This document shows, one piece after another, positions 54,772 to 63,050 of a stretch of 64,000 nucleotides of DNA (positions are counted from its first letter, which is position 1; every line of letters begins with the position of its first letter). Source of the DNA: a virus (lineage: Duplodnaviria; Caudoviricetes); the IMG/VR virus record IMGVR_UViG_2706796753_000001, positions 64,001 through 128,000 of that record, one strand, 5' to 3'. The translations under genes and the position numbers were made by a program. The notes below the pieces were generated by a model. The model was not told the DNA's origin. It worked only from the letters and a program-made list of their open reading frames with translations, and did not search any database.

Positions 54772-55398
54772 ATGGAAATTAAAGAAAGTACAAATGATAT
54801 TTTTAATCTATCAAACAAGAATATTACATACTATAAGCGTGGGTGCTTATCTGCTGACGGTGAACCTCATTACATTGTCGAATTGGTCAAAGAGCCTAAT
54901 AATGTGATTTACGCGGTTGTATATGACGTTCACACGCCACATCCCAAAGGTCAGGGGTTACAACCTAAAAAGAAAGCAAAGCGCGTGAAAGAGCATATGA
55001 ATAGGTTTAGCACGACAACGCTACTAGGTCGTATCGCGAATAAAATGGTACGAGCTAAGTATAACGAGAAATGGGTTGAAGAACCGCCGTTATTTGTAGC
55101 TCCTGTTGTTCTAGGGATATCTACATTAAGTGGTAGACAGGGAGCAGGATTCTATGAACGAGAAAAGGACGAACTAAAACCTAAAGCTGGTGAGCTTGTT
55201 ATGGTTCGAGGAGAGAATACAGGAGTGTTTGTGGCTCTTGATGACATTCACTGGTTCGGAGATTTTTCAGTACCAGTAGAATCAATTATCAAAGCTATCA
55301 TTAAAGAGCAAGAGCAGAAGAGTGACTTCTATGATTTAACAGGGGATAACGATGATACAAACAATCCTCTATCAAGATACTATAAAAATTTGGAGTGA
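54772..55398 (+). CDS. Conserved herellevirus hypothetical protein
   Basis: AGGAGG RBS; GAGFYEREKD...TGVFVAL. Confidence 0.78.
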   Translation: MEIKESTNDIFNLSNKNITYYKRGCLSADGEPHYIVELVKEPNNVIYAVVYDVHTPHPKGQGLQPKKKAKRVKEHMNRFSTTTLLGRIANKMVRAKYNEKWVEEPPLFVAPVVLGISTLSGRQGAGFYEREKDELKPKAGELVMVRGENTGVFVALDDIHWFGDFSVPVESIIKAIIKEQEQKSDFYDLTGDNDDTNNPLSRYYKNLE

Positions 55399-55403
55399 TT
55401 ACG

Positions 55404-55529
55404 ATGAGTCTGTGGTGTTTATTAGGTATTCATAAATGGAAGTTAGTAGATACGTATAAGAGTACAACAGTAATCCTAACTAAAGAGAAGTGTGCAAGAT
55501 GCTCTAAAATAAATATAATTTCTTGGTAG
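55404..55529 (+). CDS. 41-aa Zn-ribbon-like protein (not in ORF track)
   Basis: LWCLLGIHKW...CARC (DUF1660-like); GGAG RBS. Confidence 0.68.
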   Translation: MSLWCLLGIHKWKLVDTYKSTTVILTKEKCARCSKINIISW

Positions 55530-55535
55530 AACCAT

Positions 55536-55564
55536 TTGACATAAAGTAAAATAGATGATAGTAT
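55536..55564 (+). promoter_or_regulatory. SigA-type promoter with GACATAAAGTA variant motif
   Basis: TTGACA-17-TAGTAT with extended TG. Confidence 0.7.
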
Positions 55565-55585
55565 ACTAATAGGAGGTGATAGTAC

Positions 55586-55750
55586 ATGAATGCTATCTTG
55601 AAAGCGCAGTTACGAAACGGTATTGCTTATCTAGAAAGAACTGGGGAACAGCCTAGTTTTGACTGGATGATAGAAGTAGCAGAACGACATAACTTATCAC
55701 TAGTAGCTATAAAAACTATTTTCAAAGAATTAGAGGAGGATATGCTATGA
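55586..55750 (+). CDS. 54-aa hypothetical protein (not in ORF track)
   Basis: AGGAGGTG RBS; ATGA overlap with the next gene. Confidence 0.7.
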   Translation: MNAILKAQLRNGIAYLERTGEQPSFDWMIEVAERHNLSLVAIKTIFKELEEDML

Positions 55751-56127
55751 AATTCTTAAAGGACTTATTCAATTTTAAAAAGAAGCGAAAGGTGTACAAC
55801 CACCATCCATTCAGAGGGTTTATCTTTCTGGATGAGGGTAAATACTATGCAGATATCTTTCAAGTAGAAGTAAAGGAACGACAAACACTATTTGGTAAAG
55901 AAGAGTCGTACATGGAGTATGACATTTACCCAGATGTTCCAGTTCCTGTTGCTCATAAGAGCGATAAAGGTAATTACGGATTACTGTTCCATGCAACTGT
56001 ACGAGCTGGTGGTTATAAAGATGCTCTACGTAAATTAGCTAACAAAATCGACTGGGATAGAAAGGTTGAGAGTGACTTCGACTTCGCGGAAGGGTTGCAC
56101 TACGGTACGGAAGAAGGGGTAAAATGA
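55747..56127 (+). CDS. Hypothetical protein
   Basis: GAGGAGG RBS. Confidence 0.72.
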   Translation: MKFLKDLFNFKKKRKVYNHHPFRGFIFLDEGKYYADIFQVEVKERQTLFGKEESYMEYDIYPDVPVPVAHKSDKGNYGLLFHATVRAGGYKDALRKLANKIDWDRKVESDFDFAEGLHYGTEEGVK

Positions 56128-56846
56128 CAATTAAGTTTTACGAAGAGGATATTAAGCAGCTTATCCTTGAGAAGAAACATGTATTCATTAAAGACAAAGA
56201 TACACAATCCGCAGTACTATTTGAGAAAGGTTTAGACGTGAATAGCGTAATCGCAGACTGTTTAATCTTTACTGGTGATGGTAATATCATCGGAGTGGAG
56301 ATTAAGACCGAGCGAGATAGTACAAAGCGATTGAACAAGCAGCTTAAATCTTATAGCAAAGTATGTGACTATGTATATGTTCTTTGTGAGGACAAGCATG
56401 TGGACAAAGTAGAAGATATTTTACATAACTATAATCATGCAGGAGTAGGTATCATTGCCTACACAGAATTTAAAGGAGAACCTATTCTAGGTGTCTATCA
56501 ACAAGCTACGAAGTCTCCTACTAAAAGCGTAGTAACAGCTTATATGAGTCTATTTTGGAGAGAAGAGCTGCTAAATATTGCAGGTTCATTTAAACGACAG
56601 GTTAGTACGTTGGAAGAGAAAGGACTTAGTGTAGCAAAGGCAGATAGTCGAGGAGCTATAGGAATGAATGGCTTACTTGTTCAATCATCTGTAAGTAAAC
56701 GAATGAAGAAGCCACAGATAGCTAAGACAATCGTTGATAGACTAGGAGAGTACAAAGCAAATCATCTATTGTGCAACATTTACATAAATAAGAAGCTTCA
56801 CCCTGAGAAGAGCCTTCAATATCACCACTTTAAAGGAGATGAGTAG
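56124..56846 (+). CDS. PD-(D/E)XK nuclease-like protein (sce7726-like)
   Basis: IADCL...GVEIKTERDSTKRLNKQLKSYSKVCDYVYV. Confidence 0.8.
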   Translation: MTIKFYEEDIKQLILEKKHVFIKDKDTQSAVLFEKGLDVNSVIADCLIFTGDGNIIGVEIKTERDSTKRLNKQLKSYSKVCDYVYVLCEDKHVDKVEDILHNYNHAGVGIIAYTEFKGEPILGVYQQATKSPTKSVVTAYMSLFWREELLNIAGSFKRQVSTLEEKGLSVAKADSRGAIGMNGLLVQSSVSKRMKKPQIAKTIVDRLGEYKANHLLCNIYINKKLHPEKSLQYHHFKGDE

Positions 56847-57601
56847 TATAGGTAAGATTATAAACCCCGCTGATAGGGTGGGACAAGTAGGTACTAATAA
56901 CTATGGCTCTAAGATGACTGTAATCGAATATAAAGACTATCAGAACGTGACGGTTAGATTTGAGGATGGTTACGTAGCTACGGGTACATGGCAGCAGTTC
57001 CAAAGAGGTGCGATTAAAAGTGCGTATGATAAAAGTGTAGCAGGTGTAGGTTATATAGGAGAAGGGGATAACATAAATCCAGAAGTGTACAAACATTGGA
57101 GAGGCATGCTCACGAGATGCTATGATGATGGTACTAAAGAACGTCAAAAGTCTTATACTAGTTGTGTAGTTGACTCTGAGTGGCATAACTACCAAAACTT
57201 CGCTAATTGGTATAAAGATAATATGTATGTTGTGGAAAATGATAGATTAGAGCTAGATAAAGACTTATTAGGCAAGGGCAGTAAAGTATACTCTAAAGAT
57301 ACCTGTCTACTTTTACCTTCTAGGATAAATAAACTATTAATAACGAATGAAAGTAGACGAGGAGACTTACCCGTAGGTGTTGTCCGTCATCACGGTAAAT
57401 TTATAGCACAGGTCAGGGTTAATGGTACGAAAAAGTGGTTAGGTACTTTCGATACTCCAGAAGAAGCGAGCAAGGCGTACGTTTTAGGTAAGGAAGAAGA
57501 AGTTAAACGCTTTGCTCATGAGTATAGGGATGTTATACCTACGAAGGTATTTGAAGCGTTAATGAATTATAAACTATTATCATTTTAAAGGAGAGGAATA
57601 A
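56820..57601 (+). repeat. Diverged 27-nt direct repeat flanking the endonuclease gene (56820-56846 and 57575-57601)
   Basis: TATCACCACTTTAAAGGAGATGAGTAG versus TATTATCATTTTAAAGGAGAGGAATAA. Confidence 0.7.
56839..57588 (+). CDS. Free-standing HNH-type homing endonuclease with AP2-like C-terminus
   Basis: YKHWRGMLTRCY, EWHNYQNF, LDKD, YSKDTCLLLP-x-x-IN, LPVGV, WLGTFDTPEEASKAY. Confidence 0.85.
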   Translation: MSSIGKIINPADRVGQVGTNNYGSKMTVIEYKDYQNVTVRFEDGYVATGTWQQFQRGAIKSAYDKSVAGVGYIGEGDNINPEVYKHWRGMLTRCYDDGTKERQKSYTSCVVDSEWHNYQNFANWYKDNMYVVENDRLELDKDLLGKGSKVYSKDTCLLLPSRINKLLITNESRRGDLPVGVVRHHGKFIAQVRVNGTKKWLGTFDTPEEASKAYVLGKEEEVKRFAHEYRDVIPTKVFEALMNYKLLSF

Positions 57602-57602
57602 T

Positions 57603-58172
57603 ATGGCTAGTGAATTTGTGGAAGCAGTAGCAAAGATTATGTCAAGTGTAGATTTACCACCTAAAGGAGATAAAGTTCGTGTTACTGGTACAGGAGACGA
57701 TGATTATTTAATGGTAGAGGTTTTTGGAGCACAATACGGAGATTTAGATAGATATGAGTACAACTTCATTAAAGTAGAGAAGTTAAAGAAACAGTTAGAA
57801 ACTTTAGGATTCCATATTGAAGAACGTTATCTTAAACTACCAGTTAACGTATATAAGGTTAACGATTGTGATTGGGTAGCTGCTCATTGCGAAGGTTCTG
57901 CTAAAAAATACTACATGGAAGAGATTTTAGGAGTGTATGAAGGGGATACAGCAGGTGTCGAAGACTTTAATGAATACTATGAAGGTGAAGTACCACTAAC
58001 GGATACAATGTGCTTAGGTATCGATGAAGTACCTTTACGTGATATCCAGATGTATAACTTCGAACTAGCAGAAGTGTATTCAGATAAAGTAGTTAGAGTG
58101 CCATTCTGGTATGTGTTACGAGACCACATCTTTGAAGAGCCATTCGTAATCGCATCATCGGAGGCTTGGTAG
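57603..58172 (+). CDS. Hypothetical protein
   Basis: AAAGGAGAGG RBS; VYKVNDCDWVAA motif. Confidence 0.75.
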   Translation: MASEFVEAVAKIMSSVDLPPKGDKVRVTGTGDDDYLMVEVFGAQYGDLDRYEYNFIKVEKLKKQLETLGFHIEERYLKLPVNVYKVNDCDWVAAHCEGSAKKYYMEEILGVYEGDTAGVEDFNEYYEGEVPLTDTMCLGIDEVPLRDIQMYNFELAEVYSDKVVRVPFWYVLRDHIFEEPFVIASSEAW

Positions 58173-58173
58173 G

Positions 58174-58389
58174 ATGAAACTAACCCAAAACCAAAAGCTA
58201 TGTAGATACCATGCTAACCAGATGTGGGAAGAATATCCTGACATGACGCTCATCATCCAAAATGTAGACAGCGTGTACGATTGTGACGAGTGCATGCTGT
58301 TAGCAAAGGGATTATTAGAGACTTTACAGAGACATCCCGAAGCGGTGGAAGAGGCTAAGAAGTTGGTGGAAATATCGAATGAAAGATAG
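58174..58389 (+). CDS. Hypothetical protein with Cys motifs
   Basis: LCRYH...CDEC; GGAGG RBS. Confidence 0.68.
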   Translation: MKLTQNQKLCRYHANQMWEEYPDMTLIIQNVDSVYDCDECMLLAKGLLETLQRHPEAVEEAKKLVEISNER

Positions 58390-58885
58390 CACAACAAAGC
58401 GTTCAGTATCAAGAGGACATGGAGCAAGGGGAACGTCAGGACTTAATAATAACGGTGCTGACGCCCATGCTAATGCCCTTAAGAAGACGACAGGCAAGTT
58501 TAGACCATCTTTCGTAGAGATGTATGATAACGTTACCGAGAAGGACATAGCACTAAAAGAGACGTATGCACTAGACCTAGTATCAAAGCATATGAACACT
58601 CCTAGAGAGATGATTCAATTAGAAGGTAAAAGGAATGGAGAAGTTGTAACTTTAACTTGCCTTGATGAAGTGTTCTATGTTAGAATAGGTACAAGCGTAA
58701 TAGGTAAGATGAGTATTCGTGTTCAGCGCAGCTACAAGTCTCGTAGTTTACTATACATATTTCAAGAGAGAGTCCTAAAAGATAAGAAAAAGACTGAACA
58801 CTATAAGAAGAATACGACATTTAAACAGAAATCAAAAGGAGAGATTGCACATGACAACAGAAAAGTCTACAGAAACAGTAAATAG
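58379..58885 (+). CDS. Conserved basic hypothetical protein
   Basis: 168 aa, Lys/Arg-rich. Confidence 0.72.
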   Translation: MKDSTTKRSVSRGHGARGTSGLNNNGADAHANALKKTTGKFRPSFVEMYDNVTEKDIALKETYALDLVSKHMNTPREMIQLEGKRNGEVVTLTCLDEVFYVRIGTSVIGKMSIRVQRSYKSRSLLYIFQERVLKDKKKTEHYKKNTTFKQKSKGEIAHDNRKVYRNSK

Positions 58886-59720
58886 TGGGTTAGCGCAGCT
58901 AGATAGTTTGATTCAAAGTGAGGAAAGAAAGATTATCGGTGTTACTTATACAAATGATTTCTTCTCTAGTAACCCATTAGCACGTGCTCACGTAATGAAT
59001 GATAGACTACAAGTAACAGAAGACTCCCTAGAAATCGGATTCTTCATGCGATTAGAGTACAATACGCTACCAGAACTTGAAAACACACTAGAAGTATTAG
59101 CTCTTAATGATGCTGGAGATGTAATGGGTTATATCGCTGACGGGGAAGTATGGGACAAACCTAACCTAGAAGAGCGAATTACAGAGAATTATAGCTTATT
59201 TACAGCCGATGTATTCTTAAAAATGAAAGAACCTAGTGTTACTTTTGAGGAGATTGAGATTCTAAATAAAGTATATACGCTTGCAGCAGTAACACATAAG
59301 ATTGTATTAGATGCAGATGCGTTCTTTGAACAAACGATTAAGCTGTTATTCGGGTATGAAGGACAGCTAACAATTCTATCAGACTTCGCGAATAGAGAGG
59401 CATCAATTATTTTAGGGACAGAGATGCAAAAAGTTATTAAATTACTGGAGAACGATAACGTATTAGGTAAAGCCATTACAGGGGCGGTATATCATCATGC
59501 GTACGGGCATAGCGTAGTCTCTACAAATAACGAAATGATTAAAATCTTAAGTACTCCATCAGGAATCTACCTAACAGGTGATGAATCGGAAATTTTTGTG
59601 GCAAATAGGTTCTTTGATTGCGCTCATGCATCAGTAGACTTACATGATACTGATAAGACTCGTAGCATCTCCTTCAACGGTGCTTCTGATGATACGTTAG
59701 AAATCTTTATCGAAATCTAA
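58851..59720 (+). CDS. Conserved acidic hypothetical protein
   Basis: AAAGGAG RBS before ATG 58851. Confidence 0.78.
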   Translation: MTTEKSTETVNSGLAQLDSLIQSEERKIIGVTYTNDFFSSNPLARAHVMNDRLQVTEDSLEIGFFMRLEYNTLPELENTLEVLALNDAGDVMGYIADGEVWDKPNLEERITENYSLFTADVFLKMKEPSVTFEEIEILNKVYTLAAVTHKIVLDADAFFEQTIKLLFGYEGQLTILSDFANREASIILGTEMQKVIKLLENDNVLGKAITGAVYHHAYGHSVVSTNNEMIKILSTPSGIYLTGDESEIFVANRFFDCAHASVDLHDTDKTRSISFNGASDDTLEIFIEI

Positions 59721-59754
59721 AGGTTTTAGGTATTTTAAATACTTTTTTAATTGC

Positions 59755-59785
59755 AAAAAGCTCTACTATCTTGTGGGGTTTTTTG
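59755..59785 (+). terminator. Possible intrinsic terminator
   Basis: aaaaagctctac-tatctt-gtggggtttttt (G-U-rich stem). Confidence 0.55.
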
Positions 59786-59913
59786 TTTTGATTAAAACGC
59801 TTTTGTTTACGATTATCTTAAACGGTTTGTTTTTGTTCAAGAAATACGAAATAACCTCGATTCTAAAAAGTACACAACCTAGAGAATAAATGAACATTTT
59901 TCATGAAAATTCC

Positions 59914-59940
59914 GAAAAGTAGGTTGCATTTACTATATTA
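59914..59940 (+). promoter_or_regulatory. Candidate phage-sigma (late) promoter
   Basis: GAAAAG-N11-TACTATATTA. Confidence 0.58.
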
Positions 59941-60042
59941 TACATAGAAGGTAAAAAGCCCATTAAATCAATGTTTTTAATGAGAAATCCCCTATGCAAG
60001 ATATACGTAAAATTAAAACTATTAGAAAAGAGGACGAACAAA

Positions 60043-60738
60043 ATGAGTAAAGATAAAAAACAATTAGTAGCAGGAAGCGTGTTAGTACAGCTTTATAAGA
60101 ATAAGAAATTATGCACGAAAGTAGATAATATGTTGGATGAAGGTAAAACATATGAATACATTATCGAGTTCTGTAAGGAGCAAGACTTCTCAATCTCTAA
60201 ATCTTCTTTAACAAACTATAAAAAGAAACGTGAGGAAGCGATTGAGCTAGGCGTTCCGTTAATTACTTTACTAGATAAACGTGCAAAAGATAACGTTACA
60301 TACATATCTGAAAAACGTGTAGAACTATTTAATGAACAACAAACCGCAGCAGCTAATCCTATCGGAGCAGTTGATACAGTAAACAAAGTATTTAATGACA
60401 TCGAGTTCTTAGATGAAGTTATCCAGAAAGGTTTCAGAGGATTAGAAGAGTTTGACATTGTAGACATCCCATTAGCAATGAAAGCGATGGAGATTAAAGC
60501 AAAGATTACAAACAATGCTCTAGGTGGTTTAAGTGTATCAGCGCTTAAGGAAATGGCTATTAAGGTAAGAGCAAAAGAATCCGCACTTACAGAAGTGGTT
60601 ATGAAATATGTATCGGAAGACAAACATGACCAGTTATTCGCAGACCTACAGGCAGCAGAGCAAGAATTCTATGCGAACTTAGACCTAACAGAAGAGGATA
60701 AGAAAATCAAAGAAGCTATGCAAGCATTCGGAATTTAA
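60043..60738 (+). CDS. Conserved HTH + helical protein (possible terminase small subunit-like)
   Basis: AAGAGGA RBS before ATG 60043; KVDNMLDEGKTYEYIIEFCKEQDFSISKSSLTNY HTH. Confidence 0.65.
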   Translation: MSKDKKQLVAGSVLVQLYKNKKLCTKVDNMLDEGKTYEYIIEFCKEQDFSISKSSLTNYKKKREEAIELGVPLITLLDKRAKDNVTYISEKRVELFNEQQTAAANPIGAVDTVNKVFNDIEFLDEVIQKGFRGLEEFDIVDIPLAMKAMEIKAKITNNALGGLSVSALKEMAIKVRAKESALTEVVMKYVSEDKHDQLFADLQAAEQEFYANLDLTEEDKKIKEAMQAFGI

Positions 60739-60749
60739 GGAGAGATAAA

Positions 60750-61253
60750 ATGAGTATACCTATTACAGATACTTCATATGAGAAGTTAGCCTACGAAAGA
60801 CTGAGTACCCTTGATGAGAGGGTACAAGCTCTTCTAGATGGAAAGACTATCATTATACGAGAGTTTGAGAAGTTTGAAGGAGCAGATGTTGTCGTTAGAC
60901 TTAATCGTGATGAAGTGAGAGGATACGCGCTTACACAGATTAGTTACGATATTGCTAGAGATAAAGATGAGAAACGATTCTGGAGAACATTTAATGTAGG
61001 ATTACTAGATTTATCGGTACTAGACGTATACGTAGTAACTGATACTTCTGTGTTCCTAGAGACAAATAAATACAAGATAGGAGATATCGTAGAGTATGTA
61101 TCAGAAGAGGGTGGTAAGGACGTCGCACTTATCATAGGAATCTATCGAAGTAAAGACCCTAACACACCAAACACCTACGCATATCAACTATCACGTGAAC
61201 CTAACTTCTTATATAAAGAGGATGTAGTCACACCATCTAAAGGACGAATTTAA
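60750..61253 (+). CDS. Conserved hypothetical protein
   Basis: AAGGAG RBS; C-terminal KYKIGDIV SH3/KOW-like segment. Confidence 0.75.
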   Translation: MSIPITDTSYEKLAYERLSTLDERVQALLDGKTIIIREFEKFEGADVVVRLNRDEVRGYALTQISYDIARDKDEKRFWRTFNVGLLDLSVLDVYVVTDTSVFLETNKYKIGDIVEYVSEEGGKDVALIIGIYRSKDPNTPNTYAYQLSREPNFLYKEDVVTPSKGRI

Positions 61254-61269
61254 TTTCGTTCTTTTTTTT
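61239..61269 (+). terminator. Intrinsic terminator
   Basis: aaggacgaa...ttcgttctt + T run. Confidence 0.78.
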
Positions 61270-61279
61270 ATTTTATGTG

Positions 61280-61308
61280 TTGACTTTAAGTAAAACGCAT
61301 GATAAGAT
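61280..61308 (+). promoter_or_regulatory. SigA-type promoter with GACTTTAAGTA motif; copy 2 of the ~60-bp repeat
   Basis: TTGACT-17-TAAGAT; near-identical to 33868. Confidence 0.8.
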
Positions 61309-61338
61309 TAAGACAAGTTAAAGAGAGGAGCGAGAACA

Positions 61339-61440
61339 ATGTACGTAGGAACAAAAACCGAATGGATAATTATCATATTAGTGTTACTAGCTCTTATGGG
61401 TTCAGTAGGGCTGTTGATTGGATGGCTAATATGGGGTTAA
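61339..61440 (+). CDS. 33-aa single-pass membrane peptide (not in ORF track)
   Basis: GAGGAG RBS; WIIIILVLLALMGSVGLLIGWLIW. Confidence 0.65.
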   Translation: MYVGTKTEWIIIILVLLALMGSVGLLIGWLIWG

Positions 61441-61469
61441 GAATACATAATGGATAAGGAGGAGCTATA

Positions 61470-61700
61470 ATGACAGTAGTATTTAATAAAGCAGCACGTG
61501 AAATAAACATAACGGGAACAGACTATAGTGATATCGACATCAGTTATAATGGTAAACTTGCTGGAGATGACTTTTTAATTGAGTTGCAGAATTATCACGA
61601 TATGAACTATGTTAACGCACCGATTGCTAGAGAGGATATTCCTAAAATCATAGAATATCTTTGCTACCTGTATAACTATCAAGGAGAACCTGATAACTAA
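61470..61700 (+). CDS. Acidic hypothetical protein
   Basis: AAGGAGG RBS. Confidence 0.75.
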   Translation: MTVVFNKAAREINITGTDYSDIDISYNGKLAGDDFLIELQNYHDMNYVNAPIAREDIPKIIEYLCYLYNYQGEPDN

Positions 61701-61714
61701 AAGGAGGAAAATAA

Positions 61715-62293
61715 ATGGGACAAGCTATTAACCTATTAACGGATTTTGAGGAAGAAAAGGTGGTTGTGACCGATAAGATTGTGAAGCCGCCTAAAGGTTC
61801 TAGAGTACCTCTAACACCAGAACAAGAGCAAGGCGTAGTTAAGATGTACAAGAATGGTGCTAAGGTAGAGGACATTAAGGAAAAGTTTAAAATTGCTACT
61901 GGAAGGGTTTATCGTATTCTACGACGTAATAATGTTGAACGTCGATTACCACAGTACAGCAGCGAAGGCGTATCACGGATGCTCACATTAACAGATTGGG
62001 AGAAAAAGAATATCGTAGATGACTACATACGTAAAGTTCCTATTCTAGTAATCATGGACAGATACGGTATCAATAAGCCAACTCTGTACTATGTATTGGA
62101 TGAGCGACAAATTGTTCGCCAAACAGAGAAGGACGATGAAGAAGAGGTTCAGGTATCTCCAACTAAAGTATTCACGAGTGGACAAGCTACTACTAACGAA
62201 GTAGATTCATACATACAGGATAGAACGCTATACATACGAGTACATAAAAGTAAGAAAGAAATTGATAAAGTACAAATCGAATACTTAAAATAA
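61715..62293 (+). CDS. Tandem HTH DNA-binding protein
   Basis: KVEDIKEKFKIATGRVYRILRR and PILVIMDRYGINKPTLYYVLDE. Confidence 0.82.
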   Translation: MGQAINLLTDFEEEKVVVTDKIVKPPKGSRVPLTPEQEQGVVKMYKNGAKVEDIKEKFKIATGRVYRILRRNNVERRLPQYSSEGVSRMLTLTDWEKKNIVDDYIRKVPILVIMDRYGINKPTLYYVLDERQIVRQTEKDDEEEVQVSPTKVFTSGQATTNEVDSYIQDRTLYIRVHKSKKEIDKVQIEYLK

Positions 62294-62296
62294 TGT

Positions 62297-62325
62297 TTGA
62301 CAAAAAGTAAAATGGGTGATAATAT
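62297..62325 (+). promoter_or_regulatory. SigA-type promoter with GACAAAAAGTA variant motif
   Basis: TTGACA-17-TAATAT with extended TG. Confidence 0.75.
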
Positions 62326-62356
62326 AAAGGTAAGATAAAACAAGGGGGAGAAACAA

Positions 62357-62587
62357 ATGGATTATGTAAGACAAGTAATCGATGAGTTGGATACCAAGTA
62401 TGGTGATTATGGAGATTGGAGTAAAACTTCTGTATTAGGAGAACTGTTGTCTATTCTGGACTACGAACACATCGAATTCGATGAGTACAGAGCTATAGAT
62501 GAAATCGACATTCTTATTGATAAGTACGAGAAGTACGGTGACTGGTCTAAGGTATCCGTATTAGGTGAAGTAAGGAGAGCTCTGTAG
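62357..62587 (+). CDS. Acidic protein made of two internal repeats
   Basis: KYGDYGDWSKTSVLGE / KYEKYGDWSKVSVLGE. Confidence 0.78.
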   Translation: MDYVRQVIDELDTKYGDYGDWSKTSVLGELLSILDYEHIEFDEYRAIDEIDILIDKYEKYGDWSKVSVLGEVRRAL

Positions 62588-62769
62588 TGACTGTATTTAT
62601 GAAGGATTTGCCTAAGACACAGAAGGCGAACAGGAAATACAACAAGATAATCATCAGAAAACGACACACTCAAGATTTACTTGTCAGTCATCAAGAACTT
62701 CAATGGTTTGTCGATAAAATAAAAGAACTCGAAACAGAGTTAGTGAAGCCAAAGAGAGGGGAATTATAA
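62587..62769 (+). CDS. Basic hypothetical protein
   Basis: GTG after AAGGAG. Confidence 0.62.
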   Translation: MTVFMKDLPKTQKANRKYNKIIIRKRHTQDLLVSHQELQWFVDKIKELETELVKPKRGEL

Positions 62770-63050
62770 TGGCAGTACAACGTACAGGTTGGGAACATCA
62801 TGATTTTCATGAAAGTATTAGAGGATTTAGCATCTCGCAGCTTCTAGATAAATATGTAGAACTTGATAAAGAATTAAATTCTCAAGCTGGTATCTTTTTG
62901 AAGGTACTAAACGCGAACCCGAATATGTCGGAAGACGATAAAGAAGCTCTAACGTTTGAATGCACCTTATTAACAGAAAGAAAGCTTATTGCGGCAGAGG
63001 GAATTGTTAAAATTATGTTAGGTGAATCTAAGAGGGGGAATGTAAAATGA
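62769..63050 (+). CDS. Hypothetical protein
   Basis: GAGGGG RBS, TAATG coupling. Confidence 0.7.
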   Translation: MAVQRTGWEHHDFHESIRGFSISQLLDKYVELDKELNSQAGIFLKVLNANPNMSEDDKEALTFECTLLTERKLIAAEGIVKIMLGESKRGNVK

